From: an uncultured Chloroflexia bacterium
GTDB lineage: Bacteria > Chloroflexota > Dehalococcoidia > Dehalococcoidales > Fen-1064
Assembly: GCA_963754195.1 (NCBI GenBank)
Contig: CAVWFD010000017.1
Location: 18,692-82,691 of the forward strand
DNA: 64,000 nucleotides
Direction: 5' to 3'
Under the pieces are notes generated by a model. That model saw only the letters and a list, made by a program, of their open reading frames with translations. It was not told the origin of the DNA and searched no databases. The position numbers and the translations under genes were made by a program. Positions within the stretch are counted from its first letter, which is position 1. Each line of letters begins with the position of its first letter. Positions 55,205 to 64,000 of this stretch are shown here, one piece after another.

Positions 55205-56320
55205 TTGAACGATCAGAAGTCGGACATAGAATCGATGAAAAAGGGCAACGAATCCGGGACGCAAAAAATAGATCAGCAATTCGCCCTTTTCTCTTCACGC
55301 CGGTTGCTGCTTATTATTTCTGTTATCGGATTACTGGCTGCTTGTGCAATTATCGCGCTCCTGGCTTTAACCGTAGGCAGCGTCGCTATCCCCTTTAAAA
55401 CAGTCTGGCAAGTCCTGATTTCTCATTTGCCTTTTGTACATTTGCAGGGCAATTGGTCGTCTACTACCGATATGATTATTACCGGTATCCGCCTGCCGCG
55501 AATACTACTAGCGGGTGCGGTCGGCACAGCCTTAAGCACCGCCGGGGCGACCTACCAGGGACTTTTCCGTAATCCTTTAGCCGATCCCTACCTTATCGGC
55601 GTAGCGCAGGGAGCAGCTTTAGGCGCCGTGGCCGGTTTCGTTTTACCATGGACTTTTGGCGGTAATTACCTCATTCCGATTATGGCCTTCGCCGGGGCGG
55701 TGATTGCGGTCACTATAGTCTATTTAATCGCGCGGGTTGGGAAAACCCTACCGATGACAACGTTGATTCTAGCGGGAGTGGCTATCGGCTCATTAATGAT
55801 GTCCGTCACCGCCTACCTCACTATGATTTCCGCAGATAAGGTGCAAGGTATTCTTTCCTGGCTTATGGGCAATTTCGCTAACAGCAACTGGGACCAGCTC
55901 AAGATAATATCTCCGTATATTGTTATTGGAGTGGCGGTAATCTTCATTTTCGCCAGACCTCTAAACGTAATGCAGCTGGATGAGGAACAGGCGCAACAAC
56001 TGGGTATTAACGTAGAACGTACTAAAATAATCCTGCTCGCGGCGGCAACATTAATTACGGCGGTGGCGGTCTGTTTTGTCGGCACGATCGGTTTTGTTGG
56101 GATAATCGTTCCTCATATCGTACGTCTCATCTGGGGCCCCGACCATCGTTTATTACTCCCGTTGTCTGCGATTACCGGGGCTATTTTATTAATATTGGCG
56201 GATACTGCCAGCCGGACGTTGATGTCTCCTTCGGAGATTCCGGTAGGGGTCATCACGGCTTTTATCGGCGCTCCCTTTTTCCTCTTCCTGCTGAGACGTA
56301 CTAAAAAAGCTGTTTTTTAA
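55205..56320 (+). CDS. btuC: FecCD/BtuC-family ABC permease
   Basis: IRLPRILLAGAVG, polytopic, C-terminal EIPVGVITAFIGAPFFLFLL. The start may be ATG 55235. Confidence 0.88.
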   Translation: MNDQKSDIESMKKGNESGTQKIDQQFALFSSRRLLLIISVIGLLAACAIIALLALTVGSVAIPFKTVWQVLISHLPFVHLQGNWSSTTDMIITGIRLPRILLAGAVGTALSTAGATYQGLFRNPLADPYLIGVAQGAALGAVAGFVLPWTFGGNYLIPIMAFAGAVIAVTIVYLIARVGKTLPMTTLILAGVAIGSLMMSVTAYLTMISADKVQGILSWLMGNFANSNWDQLKIISPYIVIGVAVIFIFARPLNVMQLDEEQAQQLGINVERTKIILLAAATLITAVAVCFVGTIGFVGIIVPHIVRLIWGPDHRLLLPLSAITGAILLILADTASRTLMSPSEIPVGVITAFIGAPFFLFLLRRTKKAVF

Positions 56321-56331
56321 GGTGGCTAAGT

Positions 56332-57126
56332 ATGGCTAAATTAGAAATAGAAAATATCAATTTGGATTACGGCCAACGCTCTGTAATAAGAAACCTAAGC
56401 TTTCGGTTAAGCCCCGGCGAGCTTTTAGGCCTTGTCGGCCCTAACGGATGCGGTAAAACCAGTGTTATCAAATCTCTCAGTCGGGTCCTGATACCCAGCT
56501 CCGGTAGAATATTACTCGATGGAAAGGAAGTAACTGGGATTCCCCGTAATGAATTGGCTCGTATCATCGGTGTGGTGCCTCAAAACCCGTCTTTACCGGA
56601 AACTTTTACAGTTTTCGAAGTGGTCATTCTCGGCAGAAATCCCCACCTCGGACTTCTAAGCGCAGAAACCGCGCGTGACATGGCCATCGTCTGGCAGGTT
56701 ATGGAACGAACCGGCATTACCCATCTGGCTAAGCGAAGAATCGGAGAACTTTCCGGTGGCGAGCGGCAACGGGTCACCATTGCCCGGGTACTGGCACAGG
56801 AGCCATATGTTATTCTGATGGATGAACCTACTGCCAATCTCGATATCGCCCAGCAGATGGATATACTTGATCTGATTACAGGCATGTGTCGCGAAAAAAA
56901 CATTGCGGCTCTGATAGCCATTCATGATTTAAATATTGCGGCGCAGTATTGTACCCGTATCATCATGTTGAAAAACGGGCAAATCTATACCGAAGGTATT
57001 CCTACGGAAATTATCACGACAAAAAATGTCCGCGAGGTATTCGGTGCTGAAACTACTATTTACCCGCATCCTGAAAACAATCTCCCGATGGTGGTGCCGA
57101 ATGGAAATCACTGTCAGGTAAAATAG
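56332..57126 (+). CDS. btuD: ABC transporter ATP-binding protein (BtuD/FepC-like)
   Basis: [18 protein letters not shown] and [11 protein letters not shown]. Confidence 0.9.
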   Translation: MAKLEIENINLDYGQRSVIRNLSFRLSPGELLGLVGPNGCGKTSVIKSLSRVLIPSSGRILLDGKEVTGIPRNELARIIGVVPQNPSLPETFTVFEVVILGRNPHLGLLSAETARDMAIVWQVMERTGITHLAKRRIGELSGGERQRVTIARVLAQEPYVILMDEPTANLDIAQQMDILDLITGMCREKNIAALIAIHDLNIAAQYCTRIIMLKNGQIYTEGIPTEIITTKNVREVFGAETTIYPHPENNLPMVVPNGNHCQVK

Positions 57127-57145
57127 TTAATTAAGGAAGGGAAAA

Positions 57146-58207
57146 TTGTCGGACATTTTATCGAAAACAATTGCAAATATTAGACCGCTGGATATAGCTG
57201 CGATGGCAAAAGCTAAAGCCAGACAGGACACACTCACCAAACCTACCGGCAGCCTGGGTCGGCTGGAGGAATTATCTATCCAAATAGCCGGTATTCAGGG
57301 GAAGGCTCTACCACAAATCAAACAGAAAGCCGTGATTGTCATGGCAGCGGACCACGGCGTGGCGGTGCGCGGTACTAGCGCTTACCCGCAGGAAGTGACC
57401 GCCGAGATGGTATTGAACTTTTTACATGGCGGTGCGGGAATCAATGTTATCAGCCGTCAGGTGGGCGCCAGGGTAATCATCGTCGATGTCGGTGTTGCCG
57501 TAAAGCTGGAAGCTAATCCCAGTCTGATTTCAAAAAGAATCGCCGCCGGTACGCAGGATATGAGCCAGTGCTCCGCTATGACGGTAGCACAGGCCAAACA
57601 AGCTCTAGAAGCCGGCATCGAGATCGTCACTGCGGAAGTTAAAAAAGGGCTGGACATCGTAGCGACGGGTGACATGGGCATCGGTAATACCACCGCCAGT
57701 TCAGCGATTTGTGCAGTAATGACCGGCAAGATTGTGGCCGAGGTTACCGGCAGGGGCACCGGCTTGGATGACAAGCAATTACAGCAAAAAATCAGGATTA
57801 TCAGTGAAGCAATTGCCTTAAATAAGCCGGATTCCTCCAAACCATTGGAAGTGCTGGCGAAAGTCGGTGGTTTTGAAATCGGTGGGCTGGCTGGCGTGAT
57901 TCTGGGAGCAGCTGCTAATAGAGTGCCGGTAGTTATTGATGGCTTTATTTCCGGCGCTGCGGCTCTGATTGCCGCCGGTTTATGCCCGCAATCCAAAGAT
58001 TATATGATTGCCGGTCATCGTTCCGTCGAACCCGGACATCAAATAATACTGCAGCATCTCGGTCTCAGACCTCTGTTAGATTTGGAGATGCGGTTGGGAG
58101 AAGGCACCGGCGCAACGCTGGCAATGTCATTAGCGGAAACTGCTGTCCGCATTTTGTCGGAAATGGCTACTTTCGCTGAAGCCGGTGTGGCAGAAAAAGG
58201 AGAATAA
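57146..58207 (+). CDS. cobT: Nicotinate-nucleotide--dimethylbenzimidazole phosphoribosyltransferase
   Basis: LTKPTGSLGRLEEL, GDMGIGNTT and LEMRLGEGTGA motifs. Confidence 0.92.
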   Translation: MSDILSKTIANIRPLDIAAMAKAKARQDTLTKPTGSLGRLEELSIQIAGIQGKALPQIKQKAVIVMAADHGVAVRGTSAYPQEVTAEMVLNFLHGGAGINVISRQVGARVIIVDVGVAVKLEANPSLISKRIAAGTQDMSQCSAMTVAQAKQALEAGIEIVTAEVKKGLDIVATGDMGIGNTTASSAICAVMTGKIVAEVTGRGTGLDDKQLQQKIRIISEAIALNKPDSSKPLEVLAKVGGFEIGGLAGVILGAAANRVPVVIDGFISGAAALIAAGLCPQSKDYMIAGHRSVEPGHQIILQHLGLRPLLDLEMRLGEGTGATLAMSLAETAVRILSEMATFAEAGVAEKGE

Positions 58208-58210
58208 TCA

Positions 58211-58954
58211 TTGGGACTACTGGCGGCTCTGCAGTTTCTCACAATTTTACCCGTAAAGCGTAACTTCACCTCCGAGCAAATCGGGCGTGCGACGGCCTGG
58301 TTTCCGGTGGTCGGCGTCATTATCGGAACTATTTTATTAGGCTTGCATTATCTTCTCGATTTAATTATGCCTGCCACTCTTGTCAACGGCTTGTTATTAA
58401 CGTTGCTCGTGGTGTTGAGCGGAGGACTGCATTTGGACGGTCTGGCGGATACTATAGACGGTCTGGCCGGACATCGTACACCGGAAGAGCGGTTAGAAAT
58501 CATGCGTGACAGCCGCATCGGGGCAATCGGGGCGGTCGGGCTGTTCCTGTTCCTGATTATTGAGTTTGTGGCTTTGAACAGTATTCCCGATAGATGGATA
58601 CCTTTTACTTTGTTATTGGCGCCGACGGTGAGCCGGTGGGCAATGGTTTTTTCGATATTTTCCTACCCTTATGCCCGGCCTGAGGGATTGGGGAAAACTT
58701 TCAAACAGGGAGTTCGCTGGCAGGAGTTTTTCATCGCGACTATCATAGCCGTGGTTTTAGCTGTTATACTATTTCAAATAGCCGGGCTGGTGATATTAAC
58801 AATTACATTGCTGATAGTTACTCTTGCTGCTCTTTATTTTAAACGTCAGTTGCGCGGCCTGACCGGCGACACGTACGGGGCGATTAATGAAATCGCGTTG
58901 ATCGGTGTGTTGCTGACAATAAACGCTTTGGCATTTAAGCACTGGTTACTATAA
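58211..58954 (+). CDS. cobS: Adenosylcobinamide-GDP ribazoletransferase (cobalamin synthase)
   Basis: LQFLTILPV start, GGLHLDGLADTIDG motif and polytopic topology. Confidence 0.9.
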   Translation: MGLLAALQFLTILPVKRNFTSEQIGRATAWFPVVGVIIGTILLGLHYLLDLIMPATLVNGLLLTLLVVLSGGLHLDGLADTIDGLAGHRTPEERLEIMRDSRIGAIGAVGLFLFLIIEFVALNSIPDRWIPFTLLLAPTVSRWAMVFSIFSYPYARPEGLGKTFKQGVRWQEFFIATIIAVVLAVILFQIAGLVILTITLLIVTLAALYFKRQLRGLTGDTYGAINEIALIGVLLTINALAFKHWLL

Positions 58955-58965
58955 AGAGGAACGAT

Positions 58966-59586
58966 ATGACGCGCTTACTTTTAGTGAGACATGGCGAGAC
59001 CGAATTACAAAGCTCTTTGAGATACTGGGGTAGGACCGATGTGGCATTAGGAGCTGTTGGGCTGCACCAGGCAGAACAATTGCGGGACAGGTTGGCTATG
59101 GAGCATATCGACGCTATTTACTCCAGCGAACTGAAAAGAGCGGCAGATACAGCCGGCATTATTGCGGCCAGGCATAATTTAAAAGTTACCATTTGCCCGG
59201 AATTGAGAGAAGTCGACTTCGGGAGACTGGAAGGGCTCGAATTTAATGAAATCCACAGCCAATTCCCGGACGTAGAGCAAATGTGGATTACCAGAAATCC
59301 CGCTTTGGTCTATCCTGATGGCGAAAGTCTGCTTGATTTTGAAAGCCGGGTCGCTGCCTTCGATACCCGAATCAAAAATCATCGTGCAGAGGAGACGGTT
59401 CTCATCGTAGCACATGCCGGAGTACTGCGCACCCTGATTTGCCGTTTGCTGGAATTGGAGATGAAAAATCGCTGGAACATCAAGGTCGATCTGGCTTCTT
59501 TAAGTATTATCGAAACTTATCCGGAAGTTAATATTCTTTGCCTGCTGAATGACGTTTCTCATTTGATGACTGAACGCAATTCCTGA
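58966..59586 (+). CDS. cobC: Histidine-phosphatase family protein, alpha-ribazole phosphatase by context
   Basis: LLLVRHGET (RHG motif) and VAHAGVLR; located between cobS and cobU. Confidence 0.8.
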   Translation: MTRLLLVRHGETELQSSLRYWGRTDVALGAVGLHQAEQLRDRLAMEHIDAIYSSELKRAADTAGIIAARHNLKVTICPELREVDFGRLEGLEFNEIHSQFPDVEQMWITRNPALVYPDGESLLDFESRVAAFDTRIKNHRAEETVLIVAHAGVLRTLICRLLELEMKNRWNIKVDLASLSIIETYPEVNILCLLNDVSHLMTERNS

Positions 59587-59602
59587 AAACGGAGATATCG
59601 GA

Positions 59603-60292
59603 GTGGAAAAAGCTTTTATTTCCTGGAGCGGCGGCAAAGACTGCTGTATGGCGACCTATCAGGCCAAACAACAAGGCTTGGAAATAGCTTATCTCTTGAA
59701 TATGGTAACTCAGGATAAAAAGCGTTCCTGCAGCCATGGCATTGCAACACAATGGATTCGTAAGCAAGCGGAAGCGATAGGTATACCATTGCTTCAATTC
59801 CCCACCGCCGACGATAATTATCAGAGTATCTTTATAGATGCTTTACATAATCTGTTTAATCAGAACGTAAGCAAAGGAGTTTTCGGCGATATCGATTTTG
59901 AACCGCATCGGGAATGGATTGAAAAAGTTTGTGTGACGTCCGGAATTACCCCTATTTTACCGCTCTGGGGTCGGGATCAGACTAAAATTATGACGGATTT
60001 TATAGAGCTAAGATTCCAGGCTACAGTTATTGCCACCCGGGCCGACCTGCTGGGGGAAGAATGGTTGGGAAGGCGGGTAGACAAGGGATTTCTGAATAAT
60101 ATCGGAGAATTAGATAAAAGCATCACGCCTTGCGGTGAAGCCGGGGAATTTCATACTCGGGTGGTGGACGGCCCCATTTTCAAAAAACGTCTGGAAATTC
60201 GTGAAGCTACACCGGAGAAAAGAGGCGAACACTGGTTTTGGGATATAAAGCAAATCGAACTGGTAGAGAAGGGACATGGAGGTTCTGTTTGA
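59603..60292 (+). CDS. Dph6/MJ0570-like ATP pyrophosphatase (adenine-nucleotide alpha-hydrolase fold)
   Basis: AFISWSGGKDCCMA PP-loop (SGGKD) at the N-terminus and GEAGEFHT near the C-terminus. Confidence 0.7.
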   Translation: MEKAFISWSGGKDCCMATYQAKQQGLEIAYLLNMVTQDKKRSCSHGIATQWIRKQAEAIGIPLLQFPTADDNYQSIFIDALHNLFNQNVSKGVFGDIDFEPHREWIEKVCVTSGITPILPLWGRDQTKIMTDFIELRFQATVIATRADLLGEEWLGRRVDKGFLNNIGELDKSITPCGEAGEFHTRVVDGPIFKKRLEIREATPEKRGEHWFWDIKQIELVEKGHGGSV

Positions 60293-60300
60293 AAAGAGTT

Positions 60301-60855
60301 ATGCTGGTTTTAGGCGGGGCGCGCAGTGGTAAGAGTCATTTCGCCCAGGAATACGCATGGCGAAGTAAAGAGAAAGTCCTGTTCGTAGCGACTGCCACTG
60401 CCGGTGATGAGGACATGCGGCGGCGTATCGAAAAACACAAGCAGGGAAGGCCATCAAACTGGCGAACTCTCGAAGCGGTCGTCGATATCGGAAAACAGAT
60501 TGAAGCAAATGCCGGTGATGCCCGGCTGATTGTCATAGATTGCATTACGTTGTTAGTTAATAATATATTTAGCCGTTACGACGTCCCACAATTTGATACT
60601 ATAGATGATGCTGTACTTGAGAAAGAGGTTGTAGCTGAGATTGAACAACTGCAGATGTGCTTGAAGAAGGTGGATGCTTCTTTCCTGATAATCAGCAACG
60701 AAGTCGGTCTGGGGCTGGTGCCGGATAATCGCATGGGGCGGCTTTATCGTGATATTCTGGGTCGCGTAAATCAAATGATGGCGCAGACCGCCGATGAAGT
60801 AACTCTGATGGTAGCAGGAATTCCCTTGCGGATTAAGCCCAACGAGATAGGTTGA
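60301..60855 (+). CDS. cobU: Adenosylcobinamide kinase / adenosylcobinamide-phosphate guanylyltransferase
   Basis: MLVLGGARSGKSHFAQ P-loop at the N-terminus and about 185 aa. TTG 60289 is an alternative start. Confidence 0.88.
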   Translation: MLVLGGARSGKSHFAQEYAWRSKEKVLFVATATAGDEDMRRRIEKHKQGRPSNWRTLEAVVDIGKQIEANAGDARLIVIDCITLLVNNIFSRYDVPQFDTIDDAVLEKEVVAEIEQLQMCLKKVDASFLIISNEVGLGLVPDNRMGRLYRDILGRVNQMMAQTADEVTLMVAGIPLRIKPNEIG

Positions 60856-60861
60856 TTGGGG

Positions 60862-61422
60862 TTACAGTTCTGCGATTATCTCGTTTCTGCGGAAAGGACC
60901 GGGAATCCAGGGCGGATTATATTGCGCTAACTTAAAACCCGATTTGGCTTGTAAATTGTTTTTCATTAACCATGCTGCCAACTCCTGAGTTTTTCGCAAG
61001 GTTAATTTTTCGCTCATGTAACCGTAGAACTTCAACGCCACCGCTTTGTGCGGTTCGACTTTGTGAATCGATATCGCTTTGTTCAACGGTTCGGGTAAAC
61101 TTTCCAAATCGTATTTTGCCGGCATGGTAAAATAAACAAGGAACTTCTTACCTTCCCCGACTTTTACTGAGGTGACCGGCGCGGTCATTTCTATCTTTTT
61201 GCTCGTTACCGTTTGCTCTGTTACCGGCGCGGTCATTTTAATATAGGTTTTCGCCCGGTTATTCCCGAAAATATAGTCGGCCAGAATTCTAAATCCTTCA
61301 TTCAGAGCGCTCTTAAAGTCGGATTCGACTTCCACGGAAGCGTTTACATAAGCTTGATAACTCCTGACTTCAAATTTACCGTCTTTTTGTAAAACATCGT
61401 ATTTAGGAGTTTCAATAGGCAT
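60862..61422 (-). CDS. SOUL/HEBP-family haem-binding-like protein
   Basis: IETPKYDVLQKDGKFEVRSYQAY start and a duplicated MTAPVT segment, typical of SOUL proteins. Confidence 0.75.
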   Translation of the reverse strand: MPIETPKYDVLQKDGKFEVRSYQAYVNASVEVESDFKSALNEGFRILADYIFGNNRAKTYIKMTAPVTEQTVTSKKIEMTAPVTSVKVGEGKKFLVYFTMPAKYDLESLPEPLNKAISIHKVEPHKAVALKFYGYMSEKLTLRKTQELAAWLMKNNLQAKSGFKLAQYNPPWIPGPFRRNEIIAEL

Positions 61423-61503
61423 GCATTCACCTCCGTCTCGAAAAAGAATTCCAGACCATGCTCAAATGCCTAATCTTTGACGTTAATTGTCACGATACTG
61501 TTG

Positions 61504-62271
61504 TTATTTTAAAGTCAATACAGGGAAGAACACCTGCCAGGCAAGTAGCGCTTTCGCTGTTAGACTGAGGATGATGTAGACCTTCTCTCCGTACAGGTAG
61601 TCCCGCCAAGGGCCCACTTTCTTGTATTGCAATATCATATTGACCGCAAAGCAATTGAAGAAGACAAATAGCGAGACAATGATGCCGTAAACGAACCCGG
61701 GAGGCGATACTTTCACGCCCGGAGCGATGACGTAAATCATGATGGCAATCCACGGAATAATCCCCGCAAAGCTACCGAACCAGAACGGCAACCAGCCTGG
61801 TTTACCCGGTTTTTCGTACTTTTCCTGTAACACTCCGAAAAGTATCATACTGGCATTAGCACCAAAGATTGCCAGGAGGGCGGCGATATCGCTGATACCG
61901 GTGATTTGTGCTATTAAAACAATCATTATCGAAGAACTGAAGAAATACTCTATCCAGCGTCCGTAGTTGCGGTTTTGGAGAAGATTGCGTTTATACCAGG
62001 GGAAAATGGCCGGTGAGGCGATGACTAACAAAGAAACGGCCGAAATAGCAAGGAACGCAAACACACCCCAACCGGTGCGGATATTAAACAGGTGGTAAAG
62101 CAAAGGCGCAGTGCCGGGCGGACCTCCTAAAAACGTAGCATTTACCGGAAGGGAGAAACTATTGGTGAGTACCGCGATGAGGATTGCCTGGGCTGCCAGA
62201 ATTAACCCGACGACGATGTTCCATGTACGCAGTTGCCGAAGTTGCCGTTCTATAGATTGGTCATTGGCCAT
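61504..62271 (-). CDS. Heliorhodopsin
   Basis: Seven predicted TM helices, a long TM1-TM2 loop, RWIEYFFSSSIMIVLIAQ (Glu108 in TM3), FGANASMILFG, LPFWFG, PGFVYGII, and Lys240 in TM7 (LSLTAKALLAWQ). Matches the family as I recall it. Confidence 0.8.
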   Translation of the reverse strand: MANDQSIERQLRQLRTWNIVVGLILAAQAILIAVLTNSFSLPVNATFLGGPPGTAPLLYHLFNIRTGWGVFAFLAISAVSLLVIASPAIFPWYKRNLLQNRNYGRWIEYFFSSSIMIVLIAQITGISDIAALLAIFGANASMILFGVLQEKYEKPGKPGWLPFWFGSFAGIIPWIAIMIYVIAPGVKVSPPGFVYGIIVSLFVFFNCFAVNMILQYKKVGPWRDYLYGEKVYIILSLTAKALLAWQVFFPVLTLK

Positions 62272-62349
62272 ACTATGCCTCCTTGCCGTTCATTATAAGT
62301 AATTTTACCAATATACTAATTAGTTGAATTGTCCAAAGTCAAGGAGGAT

Positions 62350-62979
62350 TTACCTGGTGTAGCGGCCGCGATATTCCGGCGGTACAAGGTCGGCGATGTG
62401 CATCATGATTTCGCGGGTGTTACGGGCAGTTTCTTCTTTGCTGAATTTTTCGGGAGAAGAAGCGGAAAGTGTAAACGGCTGCCCGATATTGAGCGTAATT
62501 TTAGGTCGCTTTAAAAACCACCATTTACCTTTCAGCTGTGAAGTGCCGATGATACCTACCGGCACGATGGGGACGCCGCTCTTCATGGCCAATAACGCCG
62601 CCCCTGTGTAGGCTGGCCCGAGCTTACCGTCCTCAGTACGTTTACCCTCAGGGTAAATCATGAGTACTTGACCGCTGGCTAAAAGCTCTAATGCTGTCCT
62701 TCCGGCGCGGCGGTTGATCCTGCCTTTGATCACCGGAAAAGCGCCGAATTGTTCTGCCAACCAACCGATAATGCGCGGGTAAAACATCTCTTCTTTGGCC
62801 ATAAAGTAGACCTTACGTCCTAATCTCGCGCCGAGTATCGGCGAGTCCAGCAGGTTAACATGATTGGCTACGACAATGCAGGCGCTATGCTGCGGTAAAT
62901 TATTCTTACCTGTTACCTTGCAGCGTAATGTCAGTCCGGCAACGGTTGAAAAGCTGGTGCGTAAAATGTGATAGAACAT
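62350..62979 (-). CDS. plsC: 1-acyl-sn-glycerol-3-phosphate acyltransferase
   Basis: VANHVNLLDSP (HxxxxD) and IYPEGKRT motifs. Confidence 0.85.
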   Translation of the reverse strand: MFYHILRTSFSTVAGLTLRCKVTGKNNLPQHSACIVVANHVNLLDSPILGARLGRKVYFMAKEEMFYPRIIGWLAEQFGAFPVIKGRINRRAGRTALELLASGQVLMIYPEGKRTEDGKLGPAYTGAALLAMKSGVPIVPVGIIGTSQLKGKWWFLKRPKITLNIGQPFTLSASSPEKFSKEETARNTREIMMHIADLVPPEYRGRYTR

Positions 62980-63024
62980 CGACCGTAATTATAACATATG
63001 AAGCCGGACATTTGGTTAATAACG

Positions 63025-63690
63025 TCATTTCGTAACCATAAAATGAACGATAACCAATGTGCCCCACTCATCCCCGCCGGTGATAGTATAAGTTCCGGGG
63101 TTAAAGTAGGTTAAATGTGAATGAGAGGAAAAGATATCATCAGGCCAATATCCATTTACAATGAGTTCAAAATTCACCTTTGTGATGTTATCATCTTGAA
63201 CGGGATTAGAGTCTTCGTGTACACTGGCGATGTCACTCGATGGTTGAAAAGAGAAGGAAGTGACGGGTACATTTGTCATGCATGATCGCTCGACATGCGG
63301 GTCATAAAGTGTGAGAGCCGTCGTTGTGGAAAAGTTAGAAGCATTGTAATCTCCATGGAAGACAGCTATTCCGAAAGGAGAGATGTAGTCACATGGACCT
63401 AAATGTAATTGATTATACGGCCAATTGTCAGACACGAGGACATTATTCTTGGTTGAAAGCGTATTTTTTTCATCAACAACAATCGAAACTTTCTGACCAC
63501 GCCGATAGGTTGTTTTGTCTGTTGAAAGTGACAGGTTCAGACCGTTTACAGATTGAAATGAGGCAGAGTTGATGCCTATAATGCCTGTAGTCGTGAGAGG
63601 CATAGTTTGATTATCAGCATTCCCACAGCCTGCTGATAATATACCGAAAAATAATACTACTGCCGTAATACTAATAATTCGATGTTTCAT
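63025..63690 (-). CDS. Lipoprotein of unknown function
   Basis: Signal MKHRIISITAVVLFFGILSAGC (lipobox). The C-terminal TYTITGGDEWGTLVIVHFMVTK is shared with the next ORF. Confidence 0.5.
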   Translation of the reverse strand: MKHRIISITAVVLFFGILSAGCGNADNQTMPLTTTGIIGINSASFQSVNGLNLSLSTDKTTYRRGQKVSIVVDEKNTLSTKNNVLVSDNWPYNQLHLGPCDYISPFGIAVFHGDYNASNFSTTTALTLYDPHVERSCMTNVPVTSFSFQPSSDIASVHEDSNPVQDDNITKVNFELIVNGYWPDDIFSSHSHLTYFNPGTYTITGGDEWGTLVIVHFMVTK

Positions 63691-63723
63691 ATTTACCCAC
63701 CCTTTTCTCGTAAGTTATAGCGG

Positions 63724-64000
63724 CTATTTCGAAACCCTGAAATGAACCAATACTAAATTACCCCATTCATCCCCGGCAACCACGGTATAAGTAGCAGAGC
63801 CAAACGGGATTAATTGGGCACCCCAATCCTGATTTGGCCAATATCCCTGTAACGTAAGGTCGCGGCTTATCAGATTGTAATTGTTATTCAATTGGTAATC
63901 GCCGCCTTCAAGGTTGGCAGTATCGCTTGACGGGTGAAAAGAGTAAGATGTTGGCCCAATAACTTGGGTGCCTGCATACACGTCATTTGGGTTAAAAACT
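63724..64000 (-). CDS. Paralogue of the 63025-63690 lipoprotein (partial; 5' end beyond the window)
   Basis: The frame stays open to the window edge. SYSFHPSSD...GYWPN...TYTVVAGDEWGNLVLVHFRVSK aligns with the neighbour. Confidence 0.45.
   Translation of the reverse strand, partial: VFNPNDVYAGTQVIGPTSYSFHPSSDTANLEGGDYQLNNNYNLISRDLTLQGYWPNQDWGAQLIPFGSATYTVVAGDEWGNLVLVHFRVSK

Noticed and set aside
57457-57996. A 179-aa antisense ORF within cobT.
   Set aside because: It has an Ala/Pro/Ser-rich mirror-frame composition and is fully inside cobT.

Overview
This window reads as a chromosomal segment from an anaerobic Chloroflexota/Dehalococcoidia-like bacterium. That placement is inference from gene content and from a 23S-5S rRNA unit that has no linked 16S or tRNAs. 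Most of the window is core genome. It includes rubrerythrin, ispE, rsmA, relA/spoT, rpsT, L25/Ctc, a NifS-NifU-DsrE-TusA sulfur/Fe-S cluster, dCMP and dCTP deaminases, clpC, radA, crcB behind a fluoride riboswitch, queF, DtxR-FeoA plus FeoB, an MFS pump, an ABC-2 exporter with a HisKA_3/LuxR two-component system, and a cobalamin-riboswitch-controlled btuFCD-cobTSC-(Dph6-like)-cobU salvage operon. It also includes a heliorhodopsin flanked by plsC and a SOUL haem-binding protein.

An AT-rich mosaic island at about 19.2-30.3 kb lies between the dCTP-deaminase-family gene and the 23S promoter. It carries the following:
- an HNH nuclease next to a Thr1 proteasome-beta/HslV-like peptidase fused to an unassigned domain (my best candidate for an undescribed system)
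- an orphan 310-aa ORF
- a tRNA-Met 3' fragment that overlaps the start of a tyrosine integrase
- an IS3-family element with 3-bp target duplications
- an IS21-family element without target duplications that truncates both neighbours
- a frameshifted, IS-truncated type IIG-like restriction-modification (RM) gene

Other points worth a second look:
- a translationally coupled HAS-barrel/HerA/patatin trio
- a NifS/IscS homologue lacking the PLP lysine
- a second patatin with an N-terminal zinc ribbon
- a duplicated promoter/operator block flanking the feo operon
- several families of short hairpin repeats filling the intergenic spaces

I found no CRISPR array, no intact tRNA gene and no complete prophage. 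All calls come from reading the sequence and ORF translations; no searches were run.
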